This document shows, one piece after another, positions 12,199 to 25,789 of a DNA stretch of 64,000 nucleotides (position 1 is the first letter of the stretch; each line of letters starts with the position of its first letter). This stretch comes from Vermamoeba vermiformis. Taxonomy: Eukaryota. Both the position numbers and the translations under genes were made by a program. The stretch is taken from the NCBI GenBank assembly GCA_045837725.1, contig JBEWZL010000202.1, positions 310,001 through 374,000 of the forward strand. The letters run 5' to 3'. The notes below the pieces were generated by a model. That model saw only the letters and a program-made list of their open reading frames with translations, searched no databases and was not told the DNA's origin.

Positions 12199-15098
12199 AT
12201 GATGAACATGAACGAGAAAACGCAGATGTTCAATCTGCCTCGGATTGACGTGTTTATTCCAGACAAGTCAGAGGAATCGGTAGAAAAACAGGATTTTGCT
12301 AAATCTAGAAATTATGTGATTCAAGGTATGGCATTTATAATATAGAATGTTTTGCTGCACGAGAAATGGCATCTGTAACCGAAAAAAATTACCCAAAAAA
12401 TTCCGTATTGCTTATTTACGCATAATTATAACATCCGTATTTCGTTTTATTTATTTAGCAATTTATTTAATTAAATTTTTGCATTTTAGGTGAATTGCTC
12501 AAATTTTATTTGATTGTGCGTACATCCGAGTTATTAGCCGATTGGGAAAAGAGAGAAAACTTGCCGCAAGAAAAACTAGACGAAAAGACACGTGCTCAAC
12601 GAGAAGAAGCTGAAAAAATGATGTGGAAAGTGACAGCGCCAACTCAAAAGTCGATCTTGGCAAATCTGGAACGAATGATTGGTATCAAAGAGCTCAAAAA
12701 GCGCTTATTCAGCATGTTCTTAAAATTGAAATTACGCGTGCAATTTTATCCCGGAAATAAGCCACCAACGGACGCAGAAATGTTGAAAGGAAAAAGACCC
12801 GTTCATATGCTCAAAGTCAAGGTAAAATTTTTATTTGCAAAACGATATTATTTCCTTATTAGGAATATTAAACATTAATTTGCGTTTGCAAGCCTAAAAT
12901 AACATTATTTTTTGTAGCCGCAAAAACACATTTGGACACAGTTCGAGTACAAATTGGACGAGAACAAAAACAAAATACTCGTGCCTAATAACGCCAATAA
13001 TATCAATATTAATAACAACCCGCCAACTATTATCGACCCACCTCCAAGCCAAGACCAGATCTCGTCACCATCAACGGATCCAGCGGCATCAAATCCCACT
13101 CCTCCACCACCCGACGGCACCAACAAAGCCACGGGTCCGACGAGAAAACTATCGCAAGGCACTGGCATGAAACACCCCGCAAAGGACGAGAAACCAGTTG
13201 TGAAAGAAGTGCCCTTCGTGGCAAAAGACAGATTTTGGGAGAAATTTCCCACGACTGATAATTGCTTCGTGCTGCCGAACGGAGATATTGTGTATACTTT
13301 AGAGTCCGTCATTGGTACGTATAATATGCAATAATGATATATTCATATGACTAACATTAAGTCTCCCAGCCATTAAGGAAAAATATTTGAATTCATTGTT
13401 TACGTTCAATGTTACAGCACTGCCAATCGATGAGATTGATGAAACAGGTACGAATATTTCCTAATTAGGCAATGGATAGTTGTACTAATGAATGCGATAG
13501 AAATCGATAAAATCGTGGATCCGAACTACAAATCAAGCGTGTCGATGCCGCGAAATATCAATGTGTGCATTAAACTGGTCGAGCCAATATGGGTCGAATT
13601 TGATCCGAAGCAAGCGGACAGCACGCACCACATTGCATGTTCAGTCACAAATTTGCATTCAGAACCAATTACGTTACACAGCTTGCAACTGCGTGTCAAA
13701 GGAGCGCATTTGAAGGACACTATTGCCGCTGAATTTGAGAAGTACTATCGCGTCGAAATGGAAGAGGTACGTGTGACACGTGTCATCGGAGACACCTCCT
13801 AACAGTACCCTAATGTTCTATATTTAGATTCACTATCCTATTCGATTGGAGACCGGTGAAAAGTACATGTTTGCAGTGTCAATTACACCGTTACCGTTAC
13901 CAGCGAGTTCATCGAGCACGACAACAACCAATCAAGAAGAAGATTTCCATCCCGTAGTCATACTTTATTGGACGTGAGTAGACCTCCTTAATGATCTATT
14001 TTTAGCACCGACTGAAAATTTTTGCAAAGGTTCCCATCCATGATTCGTGAAGCCAAGACCCCGACTGGTTTCACTAAGTACTACATGACGTCAAAGTATG
14101 AAATGCCCCTGCCAGATCCGTGCAAAAAGAATTTGATCGTCACTTTCAACACGTACAATAACCCGATCAAAAAGAATTCCTTGTTCCCTATTCGCGTCAC
14201 AATCTCAAACTTGGCGAGCTACGAAAGGTACGTCGGCTGTAAGTACTATCACCTTATATGGTATTAATAAGGATCAATAGGGACTTGGTGATGGAAGTGC
14301 CTTTGTACGAGCTCGATGACTTGGATAATTATCAGTACATCAAAAAGCCTGAGAAGCCAAAAGTCAAGCCATCACGTGACGATTCTGACGACAGTAAGCT
14401 GCAAATATTCATTCGTACTTCCTTATTAGGCATCCTAACTTCATCTTTTTACAGGCGATGACGACGACATTAAAATACCAAGACCGTTACCAAGTGGTTT
14501 TGGTCCACCAGGGTCAACTGATGGCTCGGCATACAACAGCTTGTTGAACACGCCTAACACATCATTTTCGAATGCCAACAGCGCGGCTCAAACACCCGCT
14601 AATACTCCGAAATCTCCGAGTTTGAGCAGTGTCAATCGCAAACGTAGCAGTCGGTTCAAAGAAATGGGCCATGTGCGAGCTCCCAGCTTGCCGGAGAAAC
14701 TTTTGTCGTCATCAGCCGACGCGCTATTATTAGGCCCGTCATCTGAAGTGCGAGAGAGGTATGTCCTTATTTGGAAATAATGCGCGCAAGTGGATGGACC
14801 TAACTGGTGTTTTTTAGCATGATTGAAGCTTACAGAGAAATCGATAAGAAAAAGGCATCAATTTTGTGCTTGGATAAAGTCGTTGATATTGGGTACGTAT
14901 TAATATTAAACAAGAATATTGTAATACATTACTGATTTGCTTTTTAGCAAAATGGATCCGCGAAGTGAGATCTCGATCGACTTACAATGCATAGCGCTGC
15001 AAGAAGGTCTGTTTAAGATTAGAGACATCAAAATATTCGATAGATTTTCCAAGTATTTGTACAAAGTCGAGCAAGCATGCGAAGTGTATGTAATCTAA
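12199..15098 (+). CDS. TRAPP-II Trs65/TRAPPC14-like protein, multi-exon
   Basis: N-terminal RNYVIQGELLKFYLIV resembles the TRAPPC14-type N-terminal motif. Ig-like segments (CSVTNLHSEPITLHSLQL; FPIRVTISNL) follow, with the C-terminus LCLDKVVDIG...LQCIALQEGLFKIRDIKIFD. Confidence 0.55.
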
Positions 15099-15330
15099 GT
15101 TAAAGCAGATCCCTTTATGAAATCATAGAACGTTAGATGACACCATATGTAAAACTCTTCTATTTTTGCCATCGGCGGCGAATATCTTTAAGAACCTTAT
15201 TCATTCGCTACACTCTGGATGGCCTTGATCTAAAAGTGTTATTCGGTAAAAAAAAATATTACTTTTTAAAGTAATGAGTTGCTGCCAAAATAGAATTGTA
15301 TGAAATTTAGGTGGCGATTCAATTATTTTA

Positions 15331-15585
15331 TACGAACTCAACGTAACTGCATGCCGCTTGAACGGCAGTGCTAGCGCTCCCCGTTGGGCAGCTCTGGGGG
15401 TACCTCGAAAGTAGCTCCAACTTGGATGCAACTTGAAGCAACTCTCGCAGGTGTCCGTCGGAGCTGGGAAGAGCAGGGTGCAGTGTTTTCGCTTGCACTA
15501 AACAACTTCCCGCTGCTTCCAACTGCGTAGCGGTGCGTGTTACGTCGGGCAAGCAACTTGGGGACAAGTTGCTTACAAGTTCGTA
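15331..15585. mobile_element. Candidate 255-bp MITE-like or structured GC-rich element
   Basis: Bounded by inverted TACGAACT (15331-15338) / AGTTCGTA (15578-15585) in AT-rich intergenic DNA. Contains a perfect internal hairpin AAGCAACTTG-GGGA-CAAGTTGCTT (15551-15574). Confidence 0.4.
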
Positions 15586-15755
15586 AAAAAGTAAATTTTT
15601 TTAATTTATCGAATAACGCTTTTCTACTTTTTCGCTTTTGACCGACTTGGCTTGCCTTTAGCTACGAAAGTTAGAAAATCACTGTTGATGCTTAGAAATA
15701 CGTACCTGGAGCCTTTTCCGACGATGACTTGGCTTTCTCTGAACATATAATTAGA

Positions 15756-16181
15756 TCAAAGTGAGTGATGATCTGCAAGCCGCAGTCGGATCCAATTACC
15801 TTCATCTTGTAGCAAAGACTTGGCGTTCATCTCGGCGTACTTCTCTCGGTATATATTTAACTCTCTGATGATAGGACAGAACTCTTTACCATCAGCAGTC
15901 TCGCAACGGAAGAAAAGTTGGTAATTTTTCTCTGCGATCTGACCAATGGTAACAGTACTCTGCTCTTCTAGACTAAGAGTAGGCACGCCAAAATTGATCC
16001 TCTCGTCGGGCTTAAGCTCAATCCCGCATAGGTCTTTGAAGAGCTGCTTGATGGATGCAACGACCAGTTTACCAACCTTTGGATCTTGCAAGCGTAAGTC
16101 AGGGCTCGAAAATGCATATACGCGCAGCTTGCATGAGAACGGAGAATAATGAAGCGATATTAGGCCATTTGGATCACTCAT
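15756..16181 (-). CDS. Hypothetical protein (~141 aa, single exon)
   Basis: Clean ORF MSDPNGLISLHYSPFSCKLRVYAF... with globular composition; no family recognised. Confidence 0.55.
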   Translation of the reverse strand: MSDPNGLISLHYSPFSCKLRVYAFSSPDLRLQDPKVGKLVVASIKQLFKDLCGIELKPDERINFGVPTLSLEEQSTVTIGQIAEKNYQLFFRCETADGKEFCPIIRELNIYREKYAEMNAKSLLQDEGNWIRLRLADHHSL

Positions 16182-16547
16182 TATGTCGTTCTCTGAGGAC
16201 GGAGAAAAAAAGGGAATGCAAAACATATTTTTTTTTCTTTTTATCCGTTGGATTTCTGCCCTAATTCTGAATATTGATATTGTGAGGCAAGTTATGCCTA
16301 GTTCGCCTGTATGCAGCTTGGATCAACTGTTTTGCTTTGGTTTGCCTGTTTTCGTTAATTATAGTATCGTAATGAATCGAGTGCATGTTACCCCGAGATT
16401 TCTTAGGGCCATCGAATTAATCTACATTTACTTACTTTCAACAATATCTATATAATACAATGAACTATCTACTTCTACATCAGGCTGCAGTTCGAATCGT
16501 TAGTCTACATCCGGTACAAAAATGTTTTTGAGGCCTACCTGTTCATA

Positions 16548-17964
16548 TTAAGCTGTTATTCCGTGAGTCGCGCAAAATGAAGCATAAGAGACCGTCTTAA
16601 ATATCAATTGAGATGCATCATCGAGGGATCCGAGCGCTGCTTTCTTTTCTAACTCTTTGGCGAAGAATAACATGCCTCTAATAGTGTCTATTTTAGTCCC
16701 TCGTGCAAATTTGAACTTTTTCAAATGTCCAAACGACGTTTTCTCGAAGATCTGTGGCGCACTCAAAATCAGATCCTCATCTGCAAACAAAGTAAGCCAT
16801 CGATCGAACCAAATACTGAATTGTATACTTGCCTAAGAATAAATGCGTCCATGCGTTGATTTTAGTGGTATTTTCAAGCTCTTTTTCCTGAAAAAACAGA
16901 TCGAGCAAAGCTGCAGGCGTTGTAGCAAACTTATTCGACAATTTGAATTGAACTGAGCTGTTAAATTCACCTATTTTATCGTTAATATATGCTCTGTGAG
17001 GACACTAGTGTATCTCTACTGACCCCATTCAGCGGCCGCTTCATGTTTCGATCGCCGAATTTGTAAAGCGATCACCTCTTTCATACCACTTTTCCTTAAG
17101 AAATCGAACAAATCTTGAGGAGTACTTTCTAATCGAACTCTATGAAACGATTCATATAAGTGCCAAATACTATAATAGCTATAACTATGTATGCATACTT
17201 TTTCCTGGATCCGCCTTCATCAGAGTCATCCAGCTTTCGCTTCTTTGACAGCGCTGCTGTTGCCGCTGCGCCATTAGCTGCTGCTGCTGCCAACTCCGGG
17301 CTATCGTACATAATTGTGGCTTCATCAGCTGCTGCTGCCGGTCTAACTTCAACCGCATCCTTTGGCTTCTCGGTCTTAACAGCGGCCACTGGGGTTGTAG
17401 TACCATTATTACTCTTCTTAAGGGCTGTTTTTTCAGGCACGGCGAACTTTCCGGGCATTTCAAACTTGTTAAGGAAATCATCTTCTTCTTTGGCCTTCGT
17501 CTTCTCTGTTTGAGGTACGGATTCTTCAGGCTGAGATGGAAATCTGCCGTTTGCATCTGTAATCTTCTTTGTAGGTTCTGTTGTCACTTTTGGAGCCTCA
17601 GTATTCGTTGTTGTCGTTGAGCATTTATTCGCGGGAGTGGATCCGATCTTCTCTTTGTTGATCGCTAGCTGTTGTTTCTGGCGTAACAAATACTTGACGA
17701 GTTCCATGATAATCGGTGCCTCAGCTTCATATCGATCTGCACTCGATATAGACAGATGTGTCAGAGTTGTGTGAAGTTGTTGAATGACATTGTCTAAAAC
17801 CAACCGATTAATCACAAATTTTAATATCTTAATAATAATATTAATGGAATAATACCGTGCTTCGATTAATAACCATTAAATACCGAAGCGGCTCGTTTCG
17901 AAAAGTATTTTTTCGATATTTCCTTACCAAATACGGTTTCCAAGGGTGCCGGTGGATTATTCAT
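16548..17964 (-). CDS. Hypothetical protein, multi-exon, with low-complexity linker and KKRK basic motif
   Basis: Consecutive minus-strand ORFs (17129-17815, 16548-16790) separated by GT-AG introns; probable ATG at 17964. Confidence 0.55.
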
Positions 17965-18207
17965 CGTTGAGGTATTAACTTTATAACTTTAATAATTAGC
18001 GATTCAAATTATTCTATTCTCTTGCGAAGATCGTAATCTGCTTGTTCGCGAGGAGGCCAACTTTTAGGTATTGATTCTTTGCTACGATTAAATGGCTTAT
18101 ATAAGAGTATCTGAGCTCTTTCTATTGTGCTGATCTTCAACGGAGGTAAACGGACAAGATCTTAACAAAACGCGCCAAAAAATTTAAATTCGTCCGTGAT
18201 ATATAGT

Positions 18208-19919
18208 ATGAACACAATGATAGAGACCGTGCCAACTCAAGAATACGAATTGTTGTCCCCACCCACGGACGGTATCTCCACAGTCAAATTCGCGCCAAAT
18301 GAAAATTTATTGTTAGCATCTTCGTGGGATACGGTAAGCGCCTAAATAATAATTAGAAAAATTCTAAAATTTATTTTAATAGTCCGTACGGCTATATGAC
18401 CCTATCAGAAACGAGCCAAGAGCAAAATATAATCACAAAGCAAGTGTATTATCTTGCTGCTTTTCAGATTCAGCTCACGCTTTCAGTGGAGGCATTGACC
18501 GCTCTTTTAAAATGTAAATAACGATGCAAAAATAATTTTAATATCAATTCTAATGTTAAACAACAAGGTACGAGATAAATGTTGGCACAGAAACTGCTCT
18601 CGGTGAGCATGACATGACGATCAGCTCCGTGGCTTTCTCACCCTCTTCAAGTACGTATATAATATTATTACTACCCTCACTGCACTTAAATTCTACGACC
18701 CGTCTTTCCGTCGAATATTTTTCTGAACTTTTCTATGCAAGATCTGCTCGTGACTGGAAGCTGGGACAAAACAGTGCGCTTGTGGGACACTCGTACGCGC
18801 GACAAATGCATTGCCTCACTGACACAGCCTGAGCGAGTATACACAATGGACGTTAGTGGCAACAGAATTATTGTTGGTACTGCTAAAAGGTACACCGTTA
18901 AGACTGACTAGATCCGACTCAATAAGACTCTTATAATATATGCAAATAACAATAATGCGCTATTAATACTAACTAGCGTATATACGAGGTCTATAAGACA
19001 TCTAGATATAATGCTAGTAGATCCGAAATTTTGTAGTTGCAATATGGCAGCTTCGTTGGTTTAGATTACTAACTTTTTCATTACTATACTAGACACGTAT
19101 GGATTTGGGACATTAGGAATCACTCAGAACCCGAACAACAACGCGAGTCCTCGCTAAAATACCAAACTCGATGCATTCGTGCCTTTATCGACGGTGCAGG
19201 CTATTCATTAAGTTCGGTCGAAGGACGTGTTGCGATTGAATATTTTGATCCCTCACCGGAAATTCAAGAGAAAAAATACGCGTTCAAGTGTCACAGAACC
19301 AATGTTAACGGCATTGACCAAGTCTATCCTGTGAACACTATGGCGTATCATGGCATGTAAGTAACACTACTACTCGACATCCATAACTACAGTAATTGTT
19401 ACTATAATCCCAAAATTACTAGCTTAACCTCATATTCGAAAAGTGAGGGATCCGCGTTTATACAATTTTCAAAAAACAATTCTTACAATATCTCTAATCT
19501 GTGTTTTATTAGTTATGGTACATTTGCCACAGGTGGTTGTGATGGTATGGTGAATATTTGGGACGGCGCAAATAAGAAGCGATTGTGTCAATTCCACCGA
19601 TACCCCACGAGCATTTCTTCCATGGACTTCAATCACGACGGCACCTTGTTGGCCATTGCATCCTCTTATACTTATGAAGAAGGCGAGAAGGAGTAAGTAC
19701 CATATCAATACTAAATTAGTCTATCGTTCTGGGATAGACATTTGCCTCGCAAATTGAGCGGATCCAACCACAAAATCGACAACCTACAACCTTAGTTAAT
19801 TATTTGCTCTTACTAATTACTCATATATTAACGTCGTTCTTTCTCATAGTCACCCACCAGATGCTATTTTCGTCCGTTACATTCATGATATGGAAGTTAG
19901 ACCTAAACCACGCGTCTAA
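18208..19919 (+). CDS. BUB3: Mitotic checkpoint WD40 protein Bub3
   Basis: [13 protein letters not shown]...[73 protein letters not shown] and [12 protein letters not shown] across 7 exons. Confidence 0.93.
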
Positions 19920-19994
19920 AGCCTTGTTGATAGTAATTGTTATGATAATTGTACACAAGATAAAACAAACTTAAATACAATCGCATGATACAAT

Positions 19995-20889
19995 TTATTT
20001 TACAAGGGTTACAAGCTGTTGCACTTGTTTGTCGATCAGGACTTGATCTTTTTGCTCGATGAGGATCATGAAGACCAGCTTGACTCTGTGAGTCTCTAGA
20101 TCAACACACGCTACCCAACCTGAGTGTGGTATACCATCGTCACTCTTGCCTAAGATGAACTTGGCCATGTCTGAGCCAAACTGCCATTCAGGTTCCAGTA
20201 CGAATCCATCCACTTCAATTGACTCGCCGTCCGTGTGCACGTGCTGCCAAACATATAGTTAGTACCTCAACTTTAACTGTGGTTGCTAACAGCACGTACT
20301 TGATCAGCCGGAGCTAGACAGTTCAAGCCAATCCAAGCGGGATCTTGATCTTGCTTGACTTCAATTCCCTGGCTTGAGTAGATTCCTATTAACGGCCACT
20401 TTGATGCTCCTAGGGCCTCGGGGTTCTCTTGTAAGTGTTCCTCGAACAACCATCCTTGAAACATCGCGTTGTAAGTCTGTCTCGTAGGAATGAATCCAGA
20501 TGCAACCAAGTCGATCGAGAAACTGAACTTGTCTAGCGAGTCTGGCAGAGTCTTAGGCAGTCTAACTATAGCCTCATTCGGGTGTATGGCGCTATAGTGA
20601 GTCCATTGCGCATTGATGTCGTTCCACAGAGTAGTCTTCCAATTATTCCAACCAAGAGGCAACGAATCTGGCAAGTCCTTTACAAAAGTACTGGGTCAGT
20701 CCTCTATTGTCACACGTCGAGTGATGTGAACACAGTAGGTGTACTTACACGTGCACTAATGTTACTAACGATTCTAGAAGCTGAGTACCGCTGAGCAAGT
20801 CGCATCTCGTCACCGCCTCCATAACTGGCGATGAACAACGAGTCTGGCATCTGTAACTTCGTGCATTGAGGCACCGCTGATGTAGTCAT
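19995..20889 (-). CDS. Hypothetical protein (3 exons)
   Basis: ATG at 20889; ORFs 20273-20674 and 19995-20240 are joined by GT-AG introns; no family recognised. Confidence 0.6.
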
Positions 20890-22184
20890 ATTATCGGTCC
20901 TGTTGATTTATCCCTCGTTGTTTTGCTGTTCGTAGACAATCTCGGATTAGTTTTTGTTTTCGAAGGCAGATTGACGTTGTAAGGCTTAGGAGACTTTTCA
21001 GAGATATAATTTCAATACATTACAATGCAACTCCTATTGTACTAGCGATATTAAATGGTGGTAAAACCTTATTGATTCAGGTAAGGTCTGAATTGATTAG
21101 CTCGTAACTTGGATGGGGATTGTTTAATTTGACTTTAGTATTTGTTAGAATTTGACAATAATTGAGTGGCATGATGTCATTATATATGTGGTATTTTTGA
21201 AAGGATAATAAAAAGTAAATACGATAGGGAAAGCTCAGTATTATTTTTGAAGCAGATTTGAGTTACACCGACAAACAAGCCCATTAAAAAATATGGAAAT
21301 GCTATTTCATACGCGACTAATATGCGGAAAATACAGGTTGCAATTGATTTGATTAGGATAAGCCAGCTATCGAAAATTGAGTTTAAAGTGCTCGATGGGT
21401 TTTCAGGACTTACTTCTCGCTACAGATTGATTCCAACTATGTGTGCAATATATGAATCATAATATATCGAGGACACGTACTTTTGTGGTACGCAAGGCAC
21501 GTTGTTCGGCAAAAGTGACGAAGAGAAAACAAGCGGACAAATTTTAAATTTCTTTTAGATCTTTTGTATTTGTAGTGGAAAAGAGGATATATTAATAGCT
21601 ATCTTGAGGTAAGTAGAAACAAGCAAAATTACTTAAACACAACACATCCGTTATTATATTCAATTGAAATGGGAGATCGAAGTTCTCTTAATGAGAGTAT
21701 ACAATCCTTTAGTCTTAAAAAGCTCAAAAAAGCACAAACAAATGATCGCAGCGCCCCATTAGTTGCAAACAACACTAGAGACCGTAAGTAAATAATTTCA
21801 AACATAATACCATACATTGAAAAGACCGTTAATTAACTGAATGCCTTTTAATCATATCATATCATATTATTTGATATTTTAGCTATTTTTAATATTTGTA
21901 ATCATGACTTGGCGTTCGTATTTACGCAAATTTACGGGCGAAATCTGGTCACTTTAAACAATTAAATTAAAACGTGCTTTACTGCTTATGTCAATTAATT
22001 ATAGGCACCGTATGCAATTTATATGCAATTCTGCCAATCGGAAGCCATAGTCATGCGAATCTGCTTCTATTTTTATAGTTCCCGTTGAAAATTACATTTA
22101 ATTTACTTACATTTCATTCTTATCGGTACCAATTCGAATCATTAAATACTCAAGTATATTGGGCTTATAAAAGAATATTAATAG

Positions 22185-24303
22185 GCTCAAGCTCGGAACC
22201 GTCAGTGCAGATCCCATCTGGAAGACCAAAGCTTACCACACGTGTCTCGGGTCCAATATCACCCACAAACCGGGCCAATGCACCACAGACGGCACCTGCA
22301 AATGAAAAAGGTGTCCCTCAGATGGGGTTTAGATTACCTATGCAATTGCCGGATCGCTCAACCCTCCGTCATGTGGATGTGAGCCACAAAATCAAAACTG
22401 AAGAAAAATCACCTCCCTGGGTTCGGAATAACACGAATGCCGACGGAAATAAGCCCGAATTACACCCGCGCACCGCTTCGAACGAAACATTGCTCGTGCC
22501 AGCTGTCAAGTCGCTCCGAAACTTGCCCAAGACTCCGCCGCCCAGTCCTGTCAGTCGTCAAGTTTCTCCGCCGCCTCCACCGCCTCCGCCAGTCCGAGCA
22601 CGTGGTCACCAGGGCTCGGTGGTCAAAATTCCAGTCCCGCAGAATCCAAACGTAATGCTCGGAACACCAACATCACCACCAGTCATGGAAAGCACTGCCA
22701 CTGAGACTTATAACCCGCAATTGTCGCATCCCACCACCACCTGTCCCACGACGAATACCACAAGGCCAACCGAAGCCTGTCCACGTAATCGAGGCTCAAG
22801 CACCCTCCTCACCTGAAGTGTCACGTGCGTCGAAACACGCCAACGCGCCCGTGGACCATTCAAACGCGATTACTTCTCCGTCACCGACACAACAACCCGT
22901 CATTGTGCACCACGTGACTGTTCATTCGCCGCCCTTCTCTCACGATCCGATGATGCGACGATTGGGCTATGGACAAGAGAAACAAGAGGCACCGAAGACT
23001 GTTGCTGCACCCGGACCTGCGATAATGGAATTACCTCCAAACACTTCCCGCGTGTACCAAGTCAATTGGCGCGTGCAGCCTGATTACAACGCGAGTCAAG
23101 AACATCGGCAAGTGTCCCGTCCATTGCCTTTGCCGAGGAAAATGTCATTGGAAGATGTCAAAGTCAGTCAGCCGAGTGTGACATCACAGTCCGCTAGTGT
23201 TCGTGATCGTAGCGCTACTTTGCCGCGATTTCGAGCACCAATGAATACTCCGCAAACTATTCGTTAGTATATTCCAATACTATGCGAATTGTTAATTTTT
23301 TTCTGTGGTTAATTTCACAGAAGAAAATTATCCGTTGAGTTTTCGTTTAACTTCGATCTCCCATACTTTTGTTAATTTTCCTATATTTAACGGATGAAAT
23401 TGTACAATTTTATTTGTTTCTGATCGTACTCACGGTGTTATTTCATAGCCACTATAAATATACAGCCGAGCAATCCCATGTCAGATTACGAGAGTCGGTG
23501 GAATTTTCATCACGTGGAGGAGTTTCCCGCACCTCCAGCCTTCAGAGGCGTACAGAAAATTTATCCTAGTGGCAGTCAGGTCGGAAATTCATACCCAGCC
23601 CCGCCACTGCAACACGACGACACAGTAGCACGACACTCCACTTCACCCGTCGTACCCACAGTCACCAGCAATCCTACACTGCCCACAAGTCCTTCAACAG
23701 GTGGCCTTAAAAAGGCACCGCCTCCACGACCGCCTAAGGTACATACACTCGACAAAACAATTTTTGCAAAGAATACGACACGTGTCAAGTGTCATTTTTG
23801 ACGATCGAAAACTGACCTGTATTGTGTTATAGAAAGGAACGGGTAGCTTAACACTATCGCAAGTGCCGTCTAATGATGGCGCAGAACAGCCATTAGTCTC
23901 GCCTGTGTCACCTGGCGAGAGGAAGTCATTGCCAGCTGTGCCTGGAACTGAAAAGAAATTACCCCCGCCTTTACCAAAGAAACAACCCAATATGGTATTC
24001 CATCCTCCTAATAACCCGCCTCCTAACCCTGGCGGTCCTAAAAAGGTTCGTATAGCGATATTACATTTCCTTATTTAGTCAACTAACGTCCAGCTCTAGG
24101 TCGCGGTGCCAGTTACTGCGCCTCCGAAGAAGGTTGGAACAGCGCCAGTGCCGCCTAAGAAAATGGTGACTGGCTCACAGCCCCCGCCACCACCACCTCC
24201 TAAAAAGGGTAAGTCGTTGTGCTATTGCCGTATTAGGAAGTAACTAACTTTATGTTGATCAGCTGGTGCCCCTCCACCATTACCTCCTAAAAAAACTGTA
24301 TAA
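22185..24303 (+). CDS. Proline-rich WIP/verprolin-like actin-regulatory protein (start not resolved)
   Basis: SDYESRWNFHHVEEFPAPPAFRGVQKIYPSG matches the WIP/verprolin WASP-binding motif (xFESRFxFHxxxxxPxPxxxxxxxKxYPS). Many PPPxPxK SH3-ligand motifs; LPDRSTLRHV is a WH2-like segment. Confidence 0.7.
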
Positions 24304-24410
24304 TTAGCATTATAATAAACTTTCTCATATATAGCCACAGCGTTCTTGCCTAACATTTATTTACAATCAAAATTTTATGTACAAGGTGGATGTAGCAACA
24401 TCAGATCTCT

Positions 24411-25585
24411 TTACACGCTTAGTGTGTCCGAGTCGTGATCGTACAACAGGTTCTGTATAACCGCATCGATGTCGTTCATGACATACGATGTTATTTGCTC
24501 GTGGTACTTTCGTAGTAATCGCAAAGTATTCGCTACAAGTATAGCGCATCCGAGTTCAGTGATAAGGAAATACGCGACCCAACCTAGTGTAAACATTTGA
24601 AGATCTACTCCTTCGCCACTATATGCTATATTAAGGGCAGTCATGGCCATGGTATAGCCTTCGTGTAGCATGTACACAACAACAATGTAGATCAATGAAA
24701 GAGATATCTGTCAAAAGCGATCAAAATTAATCATGATACTCCGTATTAATAGATATAATTAATGGTACTTACGGGATTAGCAACAGGTATTGGTTGCCTT
24801 CCATAGCTCGTCAAATAGCAGATGCCAAGAATTGTGAACCAGATGCCATACACACCACGCACCACGGCTGCGGAAAAGTTAGTGATCGTTGTAGAAATAT
24901 TATAAATGTACAGTATTTACCTTGCACGACGTAATAAGGCAATGTCGCTTCGTGGATTACAGAGGCAACAGTAATACTAGCAGCAGCAATCAGAGCTGCG
25001 CTAGTGCCAATGGCAACAGTCACTATTTTCTTTGCCTTTTGAGTGTTTGCTTCAGGGTAGAAGTGGAGCCTAATGTAATAAAGTCGCGCGATTAGCAAAG
25101 TGAGATCTCGATCGCGGCTATTCAAAATCGACAGTACCAATAGAGCAGATAAGTGAGATATGAAGCGAAGAAGAAGTATTCGACCATGAGGTCGATAAAG
25201 AGGCTGAGCCAAAGCGCTTTGTGTTCCATGCGGATCGTCCACGCCGGAGGAATTAAAAAACTGACAGATCGAGCTGAATATAATTGTTAGTAGGCAATTA
25301 TAAGTATATAGAGGTGTTACTAAAATCTGATAATGCTTGTAGTGATTTTAAATCTTAATCTGTTTCGCAGGATTGACAGAAAAAAAACATAAAATTTGAA
25401 ATCTTACCTATAAGCCCTATACATAATAAAAATACACTAATGACCATAAATCGATCATTTTTAGATAATTTTTTGCTTTTTTTGCGCCATAGAATCGTGT
25501 AGTAAATCAAAAAGCCGAAGACAATCAAGTACAACGGTGTTAATAAATAACCAGGATAAACCAAATCGAAATTCGGAAATATCAT
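24411..25585 (-). CDS. Multi-pass (probably 7TM) membrane protein
   Basis: A series of hydrophobic helices across spliced exons (YLLTPLYLIVFGFLIYY; LLRFISHLSALLVLSI; LGWVAYFLITELG). Confidence 0.6.
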
Positions 25586-25789
25586 GTGTGGCGCTTGATA
25601 TTGTTCTCTAAAACATTAGTTGATCCGGTCGCGAAAGCATAACCGCTAAAAAGTACGAAAATTCACAATTTTAACCGCAAATAAAATTCATAAAGTGCAT
25701 TTGGTGACAATTACTTCAATAGAGTAAATTAATGCACGACAACAATGAGAAAATAAGATATTAAGCATTTCAAACGTATTTCAAACGAG

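Noticed and set aside
22720-22745. Frame change in the WIP-like gene (programmed frameshift or pseudogene?)
   Set aside because: It falls in a C-rich low-complexity tract; a single-base assembly indel or an unrecognised intron is the simpler explanation.
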